A DNA stretch of 51,649 nt, taken from NCBI GenBank assembly GCA_002269645.1, contig NIVC01002581.1:1-51649 (forward strand), read 5' to 3'. The stretch comes from Macrostomum lignano. Its lineage: Eukaryota. Below, piece by piece: positions 1-12,039 of this stretch. The translations under genes and the position numbers were made by a program. The notes below the pieces were generated by a model. It was not told the DNA's origin. It saw only the letters and a program-made list of their open reading frames with translations, and did not search any database. The number at the start of each line of letters is the position of its first letter. The first letter of the stretch is position 1.

Positions 1-186
1 GAGGGATGTCGGCGTCACTTGTAACGCCGACATCCCTCGACGTAATCCGTCATGTAAAAACACCCAATTCGCCAGCAACGTCCATCCACTGGATTAGTTA
101 GTAGAAGTCAGTTCTTAACGGTACTTCTTGCATTCAAAGCATAATCAAAATACAATCTTCAATTTTCATCCAATAAATTTTTTCAG

Positions 187-599
187 GCGTACTAGGCCTC
201 TGGATCGGATTCAGCATAGTGACTATCTTTGAATTTATCGAGATATTCATAATCTGCGCCTCGTACTACTGGTACAGACTGATTGGCCAGATACCCAGAG
301 CCAAGCGCAACCCGATGCTCGTGCCAAAGAAGCCAGGGTTCCCGCGGCAACGTCAACAGCAGCAGCAGCAGCAGCAAAACGAACAACAGCAACAGACTCG
401 GAACTACGGCAGAGAGACGGAGCTGCTAGTCAGCGCTTCGCCTATCGTCCTGTCCTCGTCGGCCCCAATGAGCATCCAGTCGGCACTGAGCCCCTGCGAC
501 AACAATAGTCAGCCGCAGTCTTCGCAGCGGCCGAGCTCTCGTCGGCAGAAACAGCAACCGCACCGGCTACAATATCAGCAGCAAGGCGCTACTTCTTCT

Positions 600-638
<39 letters not shown>

Positions 639-728
639 AAGCTAGACCTGCCGATGAACCAATACGAGCTCGAGCATGGATATTATCCCAGCAGAAAGAA
701 TCGACTCATGTCGCTTCTCGCTGATTAG
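187..728 (+). CDS. Terminal exon of a DEG/ENaC (ASIC/FaNaC-family) sodium channel: TM2 plus a polyQ/polyA cytoplasmic tail
   Basis: A tttttcag acceptor at 185-186 opens the frame (G)VLGLWIGFSIVTIFEFIE, matching the DEG/ENaC TM2 signature GGxLGLWxGxSxxTxxE with a GFS selectivity filter. Stop TAG at 726-728. Upstream exons lie outside the window. Confidence 0.88.
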
Positions 729-2208
729 GTGTAATAGAAATTAAAGGATAACTTTGTACATGCGAGCTCCAATCGAATATTGATACCTGAGCCTGTTCTT
801 CGAGTATAGATAAATCGCTCTGTCACTTTGCCTGCGTACGGGAGGGCGGTGTTGCGAATGTAGTGATGATGTAGTGGCTGCGAACACCATCGCCTCCGAT
901 CCTTAGACCATTCCACCTTGGTTTCTATCTTGCCCTTCCTGCGCTGCAGTGGTCTTCCACTAAACAATTAAAACAAGTCTCTATCCATTGCGCACCCATG
1001 GACAACTGACGTAGTAGAAGAATTTTAAACTTCTGTACAGACATAAGTAGGCTGTACGCTCATGATGTTCAAGATAACTTTGTAATGCAGCTTCTATATT
1101 CTTCTGTAAGAACTACATGAGAACTACATGAATGCATTCGAAACTAGAGCTACTTCAATTGAAGAAGTAACTTTTTCGCTGCGTTCATGCCGCTTCAATA
1201 GGCTCTTATACAGTAGCTATAGTTAAATAATTACCTACATGTAAGTAAGTTTTCATTTTAATTTCCTCAGCGCATTACTCAGCTTTCTTGTTTCTCTTGC
1301 CTATAGGGGCATACTGCTGTGCTCCCACACTGTTCACTGCAACAGCTACAGTTCGCTTCCGTATTACTGCCTAATTAGTTGCGACTGTCATCAACATTAA
1401 TTAATAGAAATAAAAAATACGCTATCTTGATTATTTATTCCTAGCTAGTGTATTATTGCGATACCAAAAAATGTAATTACACAAGCAATAAAGCTGCATC
1501 AAGCATGTATCACTATCCACTATCATTTCAAGACGATTTTGATTGCTTAAAGTCACGTTCTTTAATACCCTATTACCCAATTCAGAGGGATGCTCGACAA
1601 ATTTCATCGCCCCTCCCTGGCCTGCCACCGTACGCTAATGAAGTCGGACAGTTAGTCTTTAAAAGAAAACTTTCATCGGCCTCAGCATCTGTGCGACTGA
1701 CTTATCCATGCAACTCTCCTAGATAAAATTTAGCTAGGAAAAGAAAAGTTCATCTGATGGGGTAGGGGTTAAGGGTTGCTGAGTACGAGTCTACGAACCT
1801 ATTGAGCGTTCCCCTGGGTCCTACGGTGGGTGTGGAGAGAGCACGAGCGGCAGATAGACAGCTATAGCTTCAAGGGGGCCGCGTATCCCCCATGGTTTCG
1901 AGTTCACCGTGACGTTAGAAAGTTGGTCAGAAAAAAGTTGCGAGTTTCTGTTGCAAACTGCTGCTACACGCGCATATTTTATAAGTGAGGTTCGAATATA
2001 AGGCTCGGGTCGGGTGTGCTTGACATCTAGGGGCTCCACGGCTTGTCACCGTGGGTTCAATTTTCATCAGATAAATATGCGACCTATAGTAACGGTTGGT
2101 ATTCGAACAGTTACATCTTTCGGCTTGACCACTTTACAAGTACTCTACTGAATTTATTCGCTACAGTACTTTTCACTATTTAGCTACTAATGTTTTGAAG
2201 CTAACTAT

Positions 2209-3310
2209 ATCATCGGATGATAGATCCCGGATGTACCAGCAGAATAATAGATCCCGGATACAGACAGGATGATAGATCCCGGATGTACCAGCAGAATAAT
2301 AGATCCCGGATGTACAGACAGTAGGATAGATCCCGGATGTACAGACAGTATGATAGATCCAAAATGTACAGACAGTATGATAGATCCAAAATGTACCAGC
2401 AGTATGATAGATCCCGGATGTACCAGCAGAATAATAGATCCCGGATGTACAGACAGGTTGATAGATCCCGGATGTACCAGCAGAATAATAGATCCCGGAT
2501 GTACAGACAGGATGATAGATCCCGGATGTACCAGCAGAATAATAGATCCCGGATGTACAGACAGTATGATAGATCCCGGATGTACAGACAGTATGATAGA
2601 TCCAAAATGTACAGACAGTATGATAGATCCAAAATGTACCAGCAGTATGATAGATCCCGGATGTACAGACCGTAGGATAGATCCCGGATGTACATGTACA
2701 GACAGTATGATATTGTAGATCCCGGATGTACCAGCAGAATAATAGATCCCGGATGTACAGACAGTATGATAGATCCCAAATGTACCAGCAGTATGATAGA
2801 TCCCGCATGTACAGACAGTATGATAGATCCCGGATGTACAGACAGTATGATAGATCCCATGTACCAGCAATATGATAGATCCCGCATGTACAGACAGTAT
2901 GACAGATCCCGCATGTACAGACAGTATGATAGATCCCGGATGTACAGACAGTATGATAGATCCCGGATGTACAGACAGTATGATAGATCCCGGATTTACA
3001 GACAGTATGATAGATCTCGGATGTACATACAGTATGATAGATCCCGGATGTACAGACAGTCTGATAGATCCAGGATATACAGACAGTATGATAGATCCCG
3101 GATGTGCCGCAGTATGATAGATCCCGGATTTACCGGCAGTACGAGTATGATAGATCCCGCATGTACAGACAGTATGATAGATCCCGGATGTACAGACAGT
3201 ATGATAGATCCTGGATGTACAGACAGTCTGATAGATCCGGGATATACAGACAGTATGATAGATCCCGGATTTACCGGCAGTACGAGTATGATAGATCTTG
3301 GGTGTACCTG
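2209..3310. repeat. 27-bp minisatellite (GATAGATCCCGGATGTACAGACAGTAT and variants), about 40 copies
   Basis: Visible 27-nt periodicity; ORFs across it read as 9-aa repeats (MIDPGCTDS). Confidence 0.95.
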
Positions 3311-3944
3311 AAGAATGATTTGATCTGAGGTTCCGGCAAAAATCTTAATAGTTAGCAAAGCAAGCACAGGCAAACTACTATTTGCATAGGCAAATGGAAA
3401 GCAGATAAGCGTATTAGTGATTCAGCTGATTTGATCAGGAATTTGCCATTCGATTTTCCAGATATCGGCCAATCCTGAGATTTCACGCAGTACTTTCAGT
3501 TTCGTAGTGCAATTGCAATAAATAAACTATCTAGCTTCTCCTCTCTATCTACATGAATAGAGCGAAAAGTACATTTACTCATTGCCTGGATTTTACTGCA
3601 CGAAAGGAGCAGATGATTCCACGCTTGCAATCCATCTGTTTCGGCGAGAATCATCATTTTGAACGAGGCGACGTCCTGCAATCACCGAGATGCGATCTCC
3701 AGCTGGGGCTACGGCCGATCCGGTTGAAACACGTTCAGGCGACAGAAATTAAGGCCAGCCTGCCGAATTAGAGCCATCTGGCCATTAGAGCGACTTAGCA
3801 CCTCCCCCCATCTCCCACTCATTCCCCCAGTCACACAGAGGCAGATGTCCTCACTGGGCAAACATTTATACTTTAGAAAACCGCTGAGCAATCAAGAGAT
3901 TGCGTTTTAGTGCTGATCTCAGTTTGCTGCTTGGCTTTATTTAT

Positions 3945-4145
3945 AGTCAGTTAGTCAGTCAGTCAGTCAGTCAGTCAGTCAGTCAGTCAGTCACTCCAGT
4001 CAGTCAGTCAGTCAGTCAGTCAGTCAGTCAGTCAGTCAGTCAGTCAGTCAGTCAGTCAGTCAGTCAGTCAGTCAGTCAGTCAGTCAGTCAGTCAGTCAGT
4101 CAGTCAGTCAGTCAGTCAGTCAGTCAGTCAGTCAGTCAGTCAGTC
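3945..4145. repeat. (AGTC)n microsatellite
   Basis: Near-perfect tetranucleotide run. Confidence 0.98.
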
Positions 4146-4311
4146 AATTATCCGGGGGGTGTATTTAAAAGAACTCAGAATGCCATAATGAATTCTTGGA
4201 TATCAAGTTATTGAAATCTGGAACACCTTGCAGTGGTAGGTTGCATGCAGTGAATCAATCTGTACTGGAGTTATTCTCAATAGTCAGAGCCCCAATGCCT
4301 CAATGTCAGCG

Positions 4312-4577
4312 TCAATTTCCTGAGGCTGCATTTTGCATCAGACGGTTGCACGGTTGGGCGTTGGCGGAATCGGCCGCGTCCTCCTGTTGACCTTCAAGGC
4401 GTCTTGCCGAGCTCAGCAGAGACCCGAGGCCGCGCATCGCCTCTCGGCCAACGCTGGGCACCAGGTAGCCGGGCAGCAGAAATCCGTAGTCACCCTCGTC
4501 CGGCAGTTCGACAGTGAATGAGTACGGAACTCCCAGGGAGCCGTGCGCCCAATCGTCAGAGCCGCCGTTGGCTTCGT
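4312..4577 (-). CDS. M14A zinc carboxypeptidase (CPB-like), last exon
   Basis: Encodes (Y)EANGGSDDWAHG...FTVELPDEG...GFLLP (Tyr248, Asp255 and Glu270 equivalents) and ends in TGA. Gene model on the minus strand: 11118-11211, 8518-8663, 8278-8422, 7187-7300, 6133-6393, 5324-5629, 4836-4920, 4312-4577; all junctions are GT-AG and phase-compatible. Confidence 0.93.
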
Positions 4578-4610
4578 CTGATTTTGTTATTAGCTAAATG
4601 TTTAAATTAC

Positions 4611-4612
4611 AC

Positions 4613-4647
<35 letters not shown>

Positions 4648-4650
4648 CTA

Positions 4651-4695
<45 letters not shown>

Positions 4696-4698
4696 CTA

Positions 4699-4759
<61 letters not shown>

Positions 4760-4800
4760 TACAGACAGACACTAAGACAGACAGACAGACAGACAGACAG
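4611..4800. repeat. (CAGA)n microsatellite with ACACTAAG interruptions, intronic
   Basis: Direct reading. Confidence 0.97.
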
Positions 4801-4835
4801 CTAGTTTCCGGTTACAAAGGCTCAGCAGCACTCAC

Positions 4836-4920
4836 ACAGCATATCGGATCCGGTCCCCAGCGCATAGAACCGATCGTTAATGGCAAACATTTTGTAAACA
4901 GCCAGGGTCGCAGCGTACAT
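4836..4920 (-). CDS. M14A carboxypeptidase internal exon (MYAATLAVYKMFAINDRFYALGTGSDML)
   Basis: ttccag acceptor and gtgagt donor; 85 nt bridging phase 0 to phase 1 exactly as the flanking exons require. Confidence 0.88.
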
Positions 4921-5099
4921 CTGGAATATAAAATTTTATCTACTTATCTTATTCTTAGTTAACGTGAAGGTTTACATCTTGATTAGTAAGACAGACGCAA
5001 ACAAATAGATGGAATTTAAAAGACATCAGTGCACGGTGCACTTCAAAAGCACTACTGATAGTACACAGGATGAAGCGAGGTAAATTTAAAGATTTTTGG

Positions 5100-5252
5100 G
5101 GGGTCGCCACACAGCCTCAATTACCCCCGCTGGCACCCATTTTACAGCTGGGTGAACTGAAGCACGCAGAGTTGAATGTCTTGCTCAAGGACACAAATTG
5201 TTCCCAGTGGGTCAGTCGAGTGTCCGATGCTCTAGCCACTAGGCTGCAACCC
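5100..5252 (-). mobile_element. tRNA-derived CORE-SINE (MIR-core-like) fragment
   Basis: The minus strand reads an A-box-like gcagcctagtggctagagc, then tgtgtccttgagcaagac...cttcagttcacccagctgtaaaatggg. This resembles, from memory, the MIR/CORE-SINE core (tgtgaccttgggcaag...ctcagtttcctcatctgtaaaatggg). The B-box region appears deleted. Confidence 0.6.
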
Positions 5253-5323
5253 CCTTCTACGAGTAAAAATACCTCAATGTGGCCATTGAACTCGTCAAAA
5301 ACTCAACATTCTGCTGAACAAAC

Positions 5324-5629
5324 CATTTTTTCGTGATGCGTTTTCGAATAGGTGTTCTTCTGATAGCCGTAGGGAATCAGCAGGTACTGGCCGAACGAGT
5401 GCAGCGACACAAACATCAGCAGTCGCGACTTTCTGGACTCCAAATATCGCCGTACGGCGCTCGTTTCAGCGGCTGAAAAGGCGGCCGGCCCGCGGAAATT
5501 GTCGGCACACGGGAAGCCGCTGCTGCCAGCGCCGCCACCCCACCTGTAGCCGTAGTTGCGGTTCAGGTCCACGCCTCGGCAGTAGCGCCTCATTCCGTTC
5601 ACTTCTCGATTCTTGCGCCACATTCGGTT
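5324..5629 (-). CDS. M14A carboxypeptidase exon (WRKNR, DLNRNY, SLHSFGQ)
   Basis: Contains the Arg127, Asn144-Arg145 and His196 zinc-ligand equivalents; 306 nt, phase 0/0. Confidence 0.95.
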
Positions 5630-5756
5630 CTGTTTGGGAAAGTGCACAGCATCAAGATGTTGGCGAGATCGGCCACTTGGGATTGAATTATTAGTGCTGC
5701 ATATCCTCTTATACGGTATCAGTGCTTGAGCAGCTGGTCTACTGATCTCCGCCAGA

Positions 5757-6070
5757 TCTGAGTTGCTGGGTCACCGACAGCCTTTCAGATCCTCAGCTAC
5801 TGGGCCAGCCTCTCAGATCCTTAGTTGCTGGGCCGGCCTCCCAGAGTGTCAGTTGCTGGGCCAGCCTCCCAGATCCTCAGGTGCTGGGCCAGCTGCCTCT
5901 CACATCCTCAGTTGCTGGGCTAACCTCTCTGATCCTCAGTTGCTGGGCCAACCTCACATCCTCAGTTGCTGGGCCAGCCTCTCAGATCCTCAGGTGCTGG
6001 GCCAGCTGCCTCTCACATCCTCAGTTGCTATGCCAGCCTCTCAGATCCTCAGTTGCTGGGCCACTACGCC
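5757..6070. repeat. Degenerate ~28-bp minisatellite (CAGTTGCTGGGCCAGCCTCTCAGATCCT), intronic
   Basis: About 11 imperfect copies. Confidence 0.85.
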
Positions 6071-6132
6071 TCCCCGATCCCTATCACTATTTTTCCTGAT
6101 CCCTAGTTTTGCCAAAAACCCGTTGCACTCAC

Positions 6133-6393
6133 GCGCAGCCTTGAGTACTCGTACCCATCTGGGTTGTACAAAATCAGCATCATAATTTCGTGTCGTTCCA
6201 CAATTTCAGCCGCCTCAGTGACTGTCAGGCTAGATTGATTCGCATTGCTCAGACTGGCGGGCAGGCCCACATTAATGAGCTGGTCAGCAATGTACAGCGC
6301 AGTTGCCGGGCTGACCCACTCCCTGGCGTGGATCCCGGCATCCAGCCACACCGCCGTCTTCTTGGACGAGTCCGGGGATTTGTTCTTGGCGAT
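6133..6393 (-). CDS. M14A carboxypeptidase exon (WLDAGIHAREW ... NPDGYEYS)
   Basis: HxxE zinc-binding motif (His69/Glu72) and NPDG motif; ttttcag acceptor, gtgagt donor; 261 nt. Confidence 0.96.
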
Positions 6394-6490
6394 CTGAAAA
6401 TTACACTCATAATTGGCTTTTGTTTGTGTCTGAAATTTACAAGCCTTAAGTTACACAAACTACACGTGATCGTCTATGATTTGTATCTGA

Positions 6491-7046
6491 CACTGTTATC
6501 TATGGCACTGTTATCTACGGCACTGTTATCTATGGCACAGTTATCTATGGCACTGTTATCTATGGCACTGTTATCTATGGCACTGTTATCTATGGCACAG
6601 TTATCTATGGCACTGTTATCTATGGCACTGTTATCTATGGCACTGTTATCTATGGCACTGTTATCTATGGCACAGTTATCTATGGCACTGTTATCTACGG
6701 CACTGTTATCTATGGCACTGTTATCTATGGCACTGTTATCTATGGCACTGTTATCTATGGCACTGTTATCTACGGCACTGTTATCTATGGCACTGTTATC
6801 TATGGCACTGTTATCTATGGCACTGTTATCTATGGCACTGTTATCTATGGCACTGTTATCTATGGCACTGTTATTTATGGCACTGTTATCTATGGCACTG
6901 TTATCTACGGCACTGTTATCTATGGCACTGTTATCTATGGCACTGTTATCTATGGCACTGTTATCTATGGCACTGTTATCTATGGCACTGTTATCTATGG
7001 CACTGTTATCTATGGCACTGTTATTTATGGCACTATTATTTATGGC
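6491..7046. repeat. 15-bp minisatellite (CACTGTTATCTATGG), about 37 copies, intronic
   Basis: Direct reading. Confidence 0.97.
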
Positions 7047-7186
7047 AAATTTACGACTACTATATGTTAACCGATCGCCATATTATTGCTGCTTTAGCTG
7101 CTTCTGAAGATTTTCCTGATGACTCGGTCACAGCAAAACAGAGTTTAGCCTTGATTTAAAAAGATAAATTAATATAAGCCTCTGAC

Positions 7187-7300
7187 CTTCAGCACGAACA
7201 GTCTTCTGCCCTCGAATGTCCGTCCGATTCTTTCCAGCGAGCAGGTGCCAGGATGAAGTTCGTTGCAGCGATCTTTGAGCTCAATCAGACTGCGGCGAAT
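7187..7300 (-). CDS. M14A carboxypeptidase exon (IRRSLIELKDRC...IGRTFEGRRLFVLK)
   Basis: Matches the IGxSxEGRxLxVLK motif; 114 nt, phase 0/0. The acceptor has a weak pyrimidine tract. Confidence 0.88.
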
Positions 7301-7320
7301 CTTCGTGGGGTCGATTGTCG

Positions 7321-7490
7321 AGTTGCTGGGTTGTCGGGTTACTACTGGGTTGTCGGGTTGCTGGGTTGTCGGGTTGCTGGGTTGTCGGGTTGCTGGGTTG
7401 TCGGGTTGCTGGGTTGTCGGGTTGCTGGGTTGTCGGGTTGCTGGGTTGTCGGGTTGTGGGGTTGTCGGGTTGGGTTTTCGGGTTGTCTAG
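7321..7490. repeat. G-rich 8/16-bp repeat (GGGTTGCT/GGGTTGTC), intronic
   Basis: GGG runs every 8 nt. Confidence 0.93.
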
Positions 7491-7549
7491 CAGGCGTATT
7501 TAAAGACTTAGGAACCATAGACACTGATGCGGACACAAAGACAATCAGG

Positions 7550-8250
7550 CAGACACTAAGATAACGAGGAAGACACTAAGACACTGCGGCAGACACTAAG
7601 ATAACGAGGAAGACACTAAGTCACTGCGGCAGACACTAAGATAACGAGGAAGACACTAAGACACTGCGGCAGACACTAAGATAACGAGGAAGACACTAAG
7701 TCACTGCGGCAGACACTAAGATAACGAGGAAGACACTAAGACACTGCGGCAGACACTAAGATAACGAGGAAGACACTAAGTCACTGCGGCAGACACTAAG
7801 ATAACGAGGAAGACACTAAGACACTGCGGCAGACACTAAGATAACGAGGAAGACACTAAGACACTGCGGCAGACACTAAGATAACGAGGAAGACACTAAG
7901 ACACTGCGGCAGACACTAAGATAACGAGGAAGACACTAAGACACTGCGGCAGACACTAAGATAACGAGGAAGACACTAAGACACTGCGGCAGACACTAAG
8001 ATAACGAGGAAGACACTAAGACACTGCGGCAGACACTAAGATAACGAGGAAGACACTAAGACACTGCGGCAGACACTAAGATAACGAGGAAGACACTAAG
8101 ACACTGCGGCAGACACTAAGATAACGAGGAAGACACTAAGACACTGCGGCAGACACTAAGATAACGAGGAAGACACTAAGACACTGCGGCAGACACTAAG
8201 ATAACGAGGAAGACACTAAGACACTGCGGCAGACACTAAGACTAAGACAC
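7550..8250. repeat. 40-bp minisatellite (AGACACTAAGATAACGAGGAAGACACTAAGACACTGCGGC), about 17 copies, intronic
   Basis: Near-perfect 40-nt period made of two 20-nt halves that share AGACACTAAG. Confidence 0.97.
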
Positions 8251-8277
8251 TGAACCAAATTCTAACAAATGACTCAC

Positions 8278-8422
8278 CTCAGCATAGCTGCGATAGAAGT
8301 TGTGATTCATCTGCATCCGACCAGTCACTCTTCCTCCATCAGCCTCACGCCTGCGCCTCTTCAGTGCTTCGCTGTTTTGTTGATGCGCTCGAGCGTTCTC
8401 TTGATTGAACAGGGCCAGCTGC
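8278..8422 (-). CDS. M14A carboxypeptidase exon: end of propeptide, basic cleavage site and start of the catalytic domain
   Basis: Encodes QLALFNQEN...KRRRRE...NHNFYRSYAE; gtgagt donor. Confidence 0.88.
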
Positions 8423-8517
8423 CTGCATGCATTGATGGAGCATGGCGATGCGGAGAATGTAATAAAATAACGACTTCGAATTAAACAAAAGCTACAGTTT
8501 TTCAACTATACGACAAC

Positions 8518-8663
8518 CTTCCATAGTCCTTGTGAATGAGTTGCATCCGCATCGCGCTAGTGGCCTGGACCAGGTTTAGGAACGCCGCGTTCAGGCCTGG
8601 CGGCACGAGCACATCGACGCTGGCGAATTTCCGACCTGGTCGGGTCAGAAACATCAGGCCGGA
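8518..8663 (-). CDS. M14A carboxypeptidase activation-peptide exon
   Basis: SGLMFLTRPGRKFASVDVLVPP...LIHKDYG resembles the M14 propeptide pattern (F-x-x-x-P...VD-x-x-V-x-P); phases match neighbouring exons. Confidence 0.82.
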
Positions 8664-8730
8664 CTGCGGGTTGGGCGGAGGGAGGCGCGAGTTTGACAGA
8701 CTGGCGGATAATAAGAGTTACACGCACTTG

Positions 8731-11095
8731 GACAGGCACTGAGACAGGCACTAGGACAGGCACTAGGACAGGCACTGAAACAGGCACTGAGACAGGCACT
8801 GAGACAGGCACTAGGACAGGCACTGAGACAGGCACTGAGACAGGCACTGAGACAGGCACTGAGACAGGCACTGAGACAGGCACTGAGACAGGCACTGAGA
8901 CAGGCACTGAAACAGGCACTGAGAACGGCACTGAGACAGGCACTAGGACAGGCACTGAGACAGGCACTAAGACAGGCACTAGGACAGGCACTGAGACAGG
9001 CACTGAGACAGGCACTGAGACAGGCACTGAGACAGGCACTAGGACAGGCACTGAGACAGGCACTGAAACAGCCACTAGGATAGGCACTAGGACAGGCACT
9101 AGGACAGGCACTGAAACAGGCACTGAGACAGGCACTAGGACAGGCACTGAGACAGGCACTGAAACAGGCAGTAAGACAGGCAGTAGGACAGGCACTGAGA
9201 CAAGCAGTAGGACAGGCACTGAGACAGGCAGTAAGACAAGCAGTAGGACAGGCACTGAGACAAGCAGTAGGACAGGCACTGAGACAAGCAGTAGGACAGG
9301 CACTGAGACAGGCACTGATACAGGCACTGAGACAGGCACTGAGACAGGCACTGAGACAGGCACTGAGACAGGCACTGAGACAGGCACTGAGACAGGCACT
9401 GAGACAGGCACTGAGACAGGCACTGAGACAGGCACTGAGACAGGCACTGAGACAGGCACTGAGACAGGCACTGAGACAGGCACTGAGACAGGCACTGAGA
9501 CAGGCACTGAGACAGGCACTGAGACAGGCACTGAGACAGGCACTGAGACAGGCACTGAGACAGGCACTGAGACAGGCACTGAGACAGGCACTGAGACAGG
9601 CACTGAGACAGGCACTGAGACAGGCACTGAGACAGGCACTGAGACAGGCACTGAGACAGGCACTGAGACAGGCACTGAGACAGGCACTGAGACAGGCACT
9701 GAGACAGGCACTGAGACAGGCACTGAGACAGGCACTGAGACAGGCACTGAGACAGGCACTGAGACAGGCACTGAGACAGGCACTGAGACAGGCACTGAGA
9801 CAGGCACTGAGACAGGCACTGAGACAGGCACTGAGACAGGCACTGAGACAGGCACTGAGACAGGCACTGAGACAGGCACTGAGACAGGCACTGAGACAGG
9901 CACTGAGACAGGCACTGAGACAGGCACTGAGACAGGCACTGAGACAGGCACTGAGACAGGCACTGAGACAGGCACTGAGACAGGCACTGAGACAGGCACT
10001 GAGACAGGCACTGAGACAGGCACTGAGACAGGCACTGAGACAGGCACTGAGACAGGCACTGAGACAGGCAGTAGGACAGGCACTGAGACAGGCACTGAGA
10101 CAGGCACTGAGACAGGCACTGAGACAGGCACTGAGACAGGCACTGAGACAGGCACTGAGACAGGCACTGAGACAGGCACTGAGACAGGCACTGAGACAGG
10201 CACTGAGACAGGCACTGAGACAGGCACTGAGACAGGCACTGAGACAGGCACTGAGACAGGCACTGAGACAGGCAGTAGGACAGGCACTGAGACAGGCACT
10301 GAGACAGGCACTGAGACAGGCACTGAGACAGGCACTGATACAGGCACTGAGACAGGCACTGAGACAGGCACTGAGACAGGCACTGAGACAGGCACTGAGA
10401 CAGGCACTGAGACAGGCACTGAGACAGGCACTGAGACAGGCACTGAGACAGGCACTGAGACAGGCACTGAGACAGGCACTGAGACAGGCACTGAGACAGG
10501 CAGTAGGACAGGCACTGAGACAGGCACTGAGACAGGCACTGAGATAAGCAGTAGGACAGGCACTGACACAAGCAGTAGGACAGGCACTGAGACAAGCAGT
10601 AGGACAGGCACTGAGACAAGCAGTAGGACAGGCACTGACACAAGCAGTAGGACAGGCACTGAGACAAGCAGTAGGACAGGCACTGAGACAGGCAGTAAGA
10701 CAGGCAGTAGGACAGGCACTGAGACAAGCAGTAGGACAGGCACTGAGACAAGCAGTAGGACAGGCACTGACACAAGCAGTAGGACAGGCACTGAGACAAG
10801 CAGTAGGACAGGCACTGAGACAGGCAGTAAGACAGGTAGTAGGACAGGCACTGAGACAAGCAGTAGGACAGGCACTGAGACAAGCAGTAGGACAGGCACT
10901 GAGACAGGCACTGAGACAGGCACTGAGACAAGCAGTAGGACAGGCACTAGGACAGGCACTAGGACAGGCACTGAGACAAGCAGTAGGACAGGCACTGAGA
11001 CAAGCAGTAGGACAGGCACTGAGACAAGCAGTAGGACAGGCACTGAGACAAGCAGTAGGACAGGCACTGAGACAAGCAGTAGGACAGGCACTGAG
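8731..11095. repeat. 12-bp minisatellite (GACAGGCACTGA), about 197 copies, filling a 2.45-kb intron
   Basis: Homogeneous centre with diverged edges; a 24-bp dimeric pattern (GACAGGCACTGA/GACAAGCAGTAG) appears toward 10500-11090. Confidence 0.98.
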
Positions 11096-11117
11096 TCAGC
11101 CAAGTGTCAAGGACTAC

Positions 11118-11211
11118 CAGCGGGTCAGGCTCAGCCGGGAATTCGGTCTCCAACCATCGCAGCCTGCTCAAAGCCCGAGCTGACATTGGCGACAACCGGT
11201 AGTGCCGAAAT
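11118..11211 (-). CDS. M14A carboxypeptidase propeptide N-terminal exon (FRHYRLSPMSARALSRLRWLE...)
   Basis: catgacag acceptor and gtagtc donor in phase 0; resembles the propeptide start (Y-R-x-x-P...L-x-x-L-E). I could not find the signal-peptide exon. Confidence 0.65.
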
Positions 11212-12039
11212 CTGTCATGGAATTTTGGTTTATGATTTCTCAAGCACTACTCAAACTACGAGTGGTAGTTAAAGTCCCAAGCATGCTCAACAATTATCAG
11301 GATTATATTGACCTCTTACCCATCGAATGCAAATTTTCCAGTTGCAACTGAAAAAAGCAGCGGAAGGCCAAGAAGGACTATGCAGTGCTGAAAATGATTC
11401 ATAATTTGAACTGGGCAGAAACTGCTAAGCAAATCTGTGCACTCAATGAATTGAAACTGAATTGAAACTCATTATGTAAATGTTTCTAACGCAAAATGGA
11501 AAACTGAAAGATTAAAATCATTTCATAGGCAGCGAATTTGTAGATGAAGCTTTATGTAAACAAAGAGTCTGTGCGGCACAGTGATGCTGATCATAGGCGG
11601 TCATGTCAGGTCACGAATGCAAATTTGTCTTCAATTTTATCTATGCTTTTTGAAATTGCGATAAACTTGCTGTCGTACGTAGTACGAGCTAATGTTTGAT
11701 GTCAACTTGGAGTCTACCAACGACACGCGCTCATGCTCTCAGGTAATTGAAACTCAGTCCAGCTGTGAACTTGAAAATCGGCACTTGAAATTTCATGAGC
11801 ATCGTGAGCTATTGTCATTTTTTTATTCTATATTGGTCTTCATTCCAACATTGAATAAGGTAATCTGATTCACTTAACTAAAGAAGCATAAAAAGGGTGC
11901 ATGTTTCTCTATCAAGAATACTCGTATGTTTCTTCGTTAAGTAAAATATTTACAATGTTTTTCTCGATACTTATTGGCTAGTAAAATACTCGTAATATCC
12001 GATCCATTTTTGTTCCTCTCTCTTTCTATACACCCAAAA

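Noticed and set aside
2176-3373. Multiple 70-230-aa ORFs
   Set aside because: Products of the 27-bp repeat.
3500-3890. Moderately GC-rich stretch with short ORFs
   Set aside because: I could not build a phase-consistent exon or recognise a domain.
7550-8250. CRISPR-like appearance of the 40-bp array (also considered for the 61-, 35- and 27-bp arrays)
   Set aside because: No unique spacers, no cas genes, and a eukaryotic intronic context.
8557-11272. 598-859-aa ORFs (TETG, VPVS and QCLS repeats)
   Set aside because: These are translations of the stop-free 12-bp intronic satellite, open in several frames on both strands.
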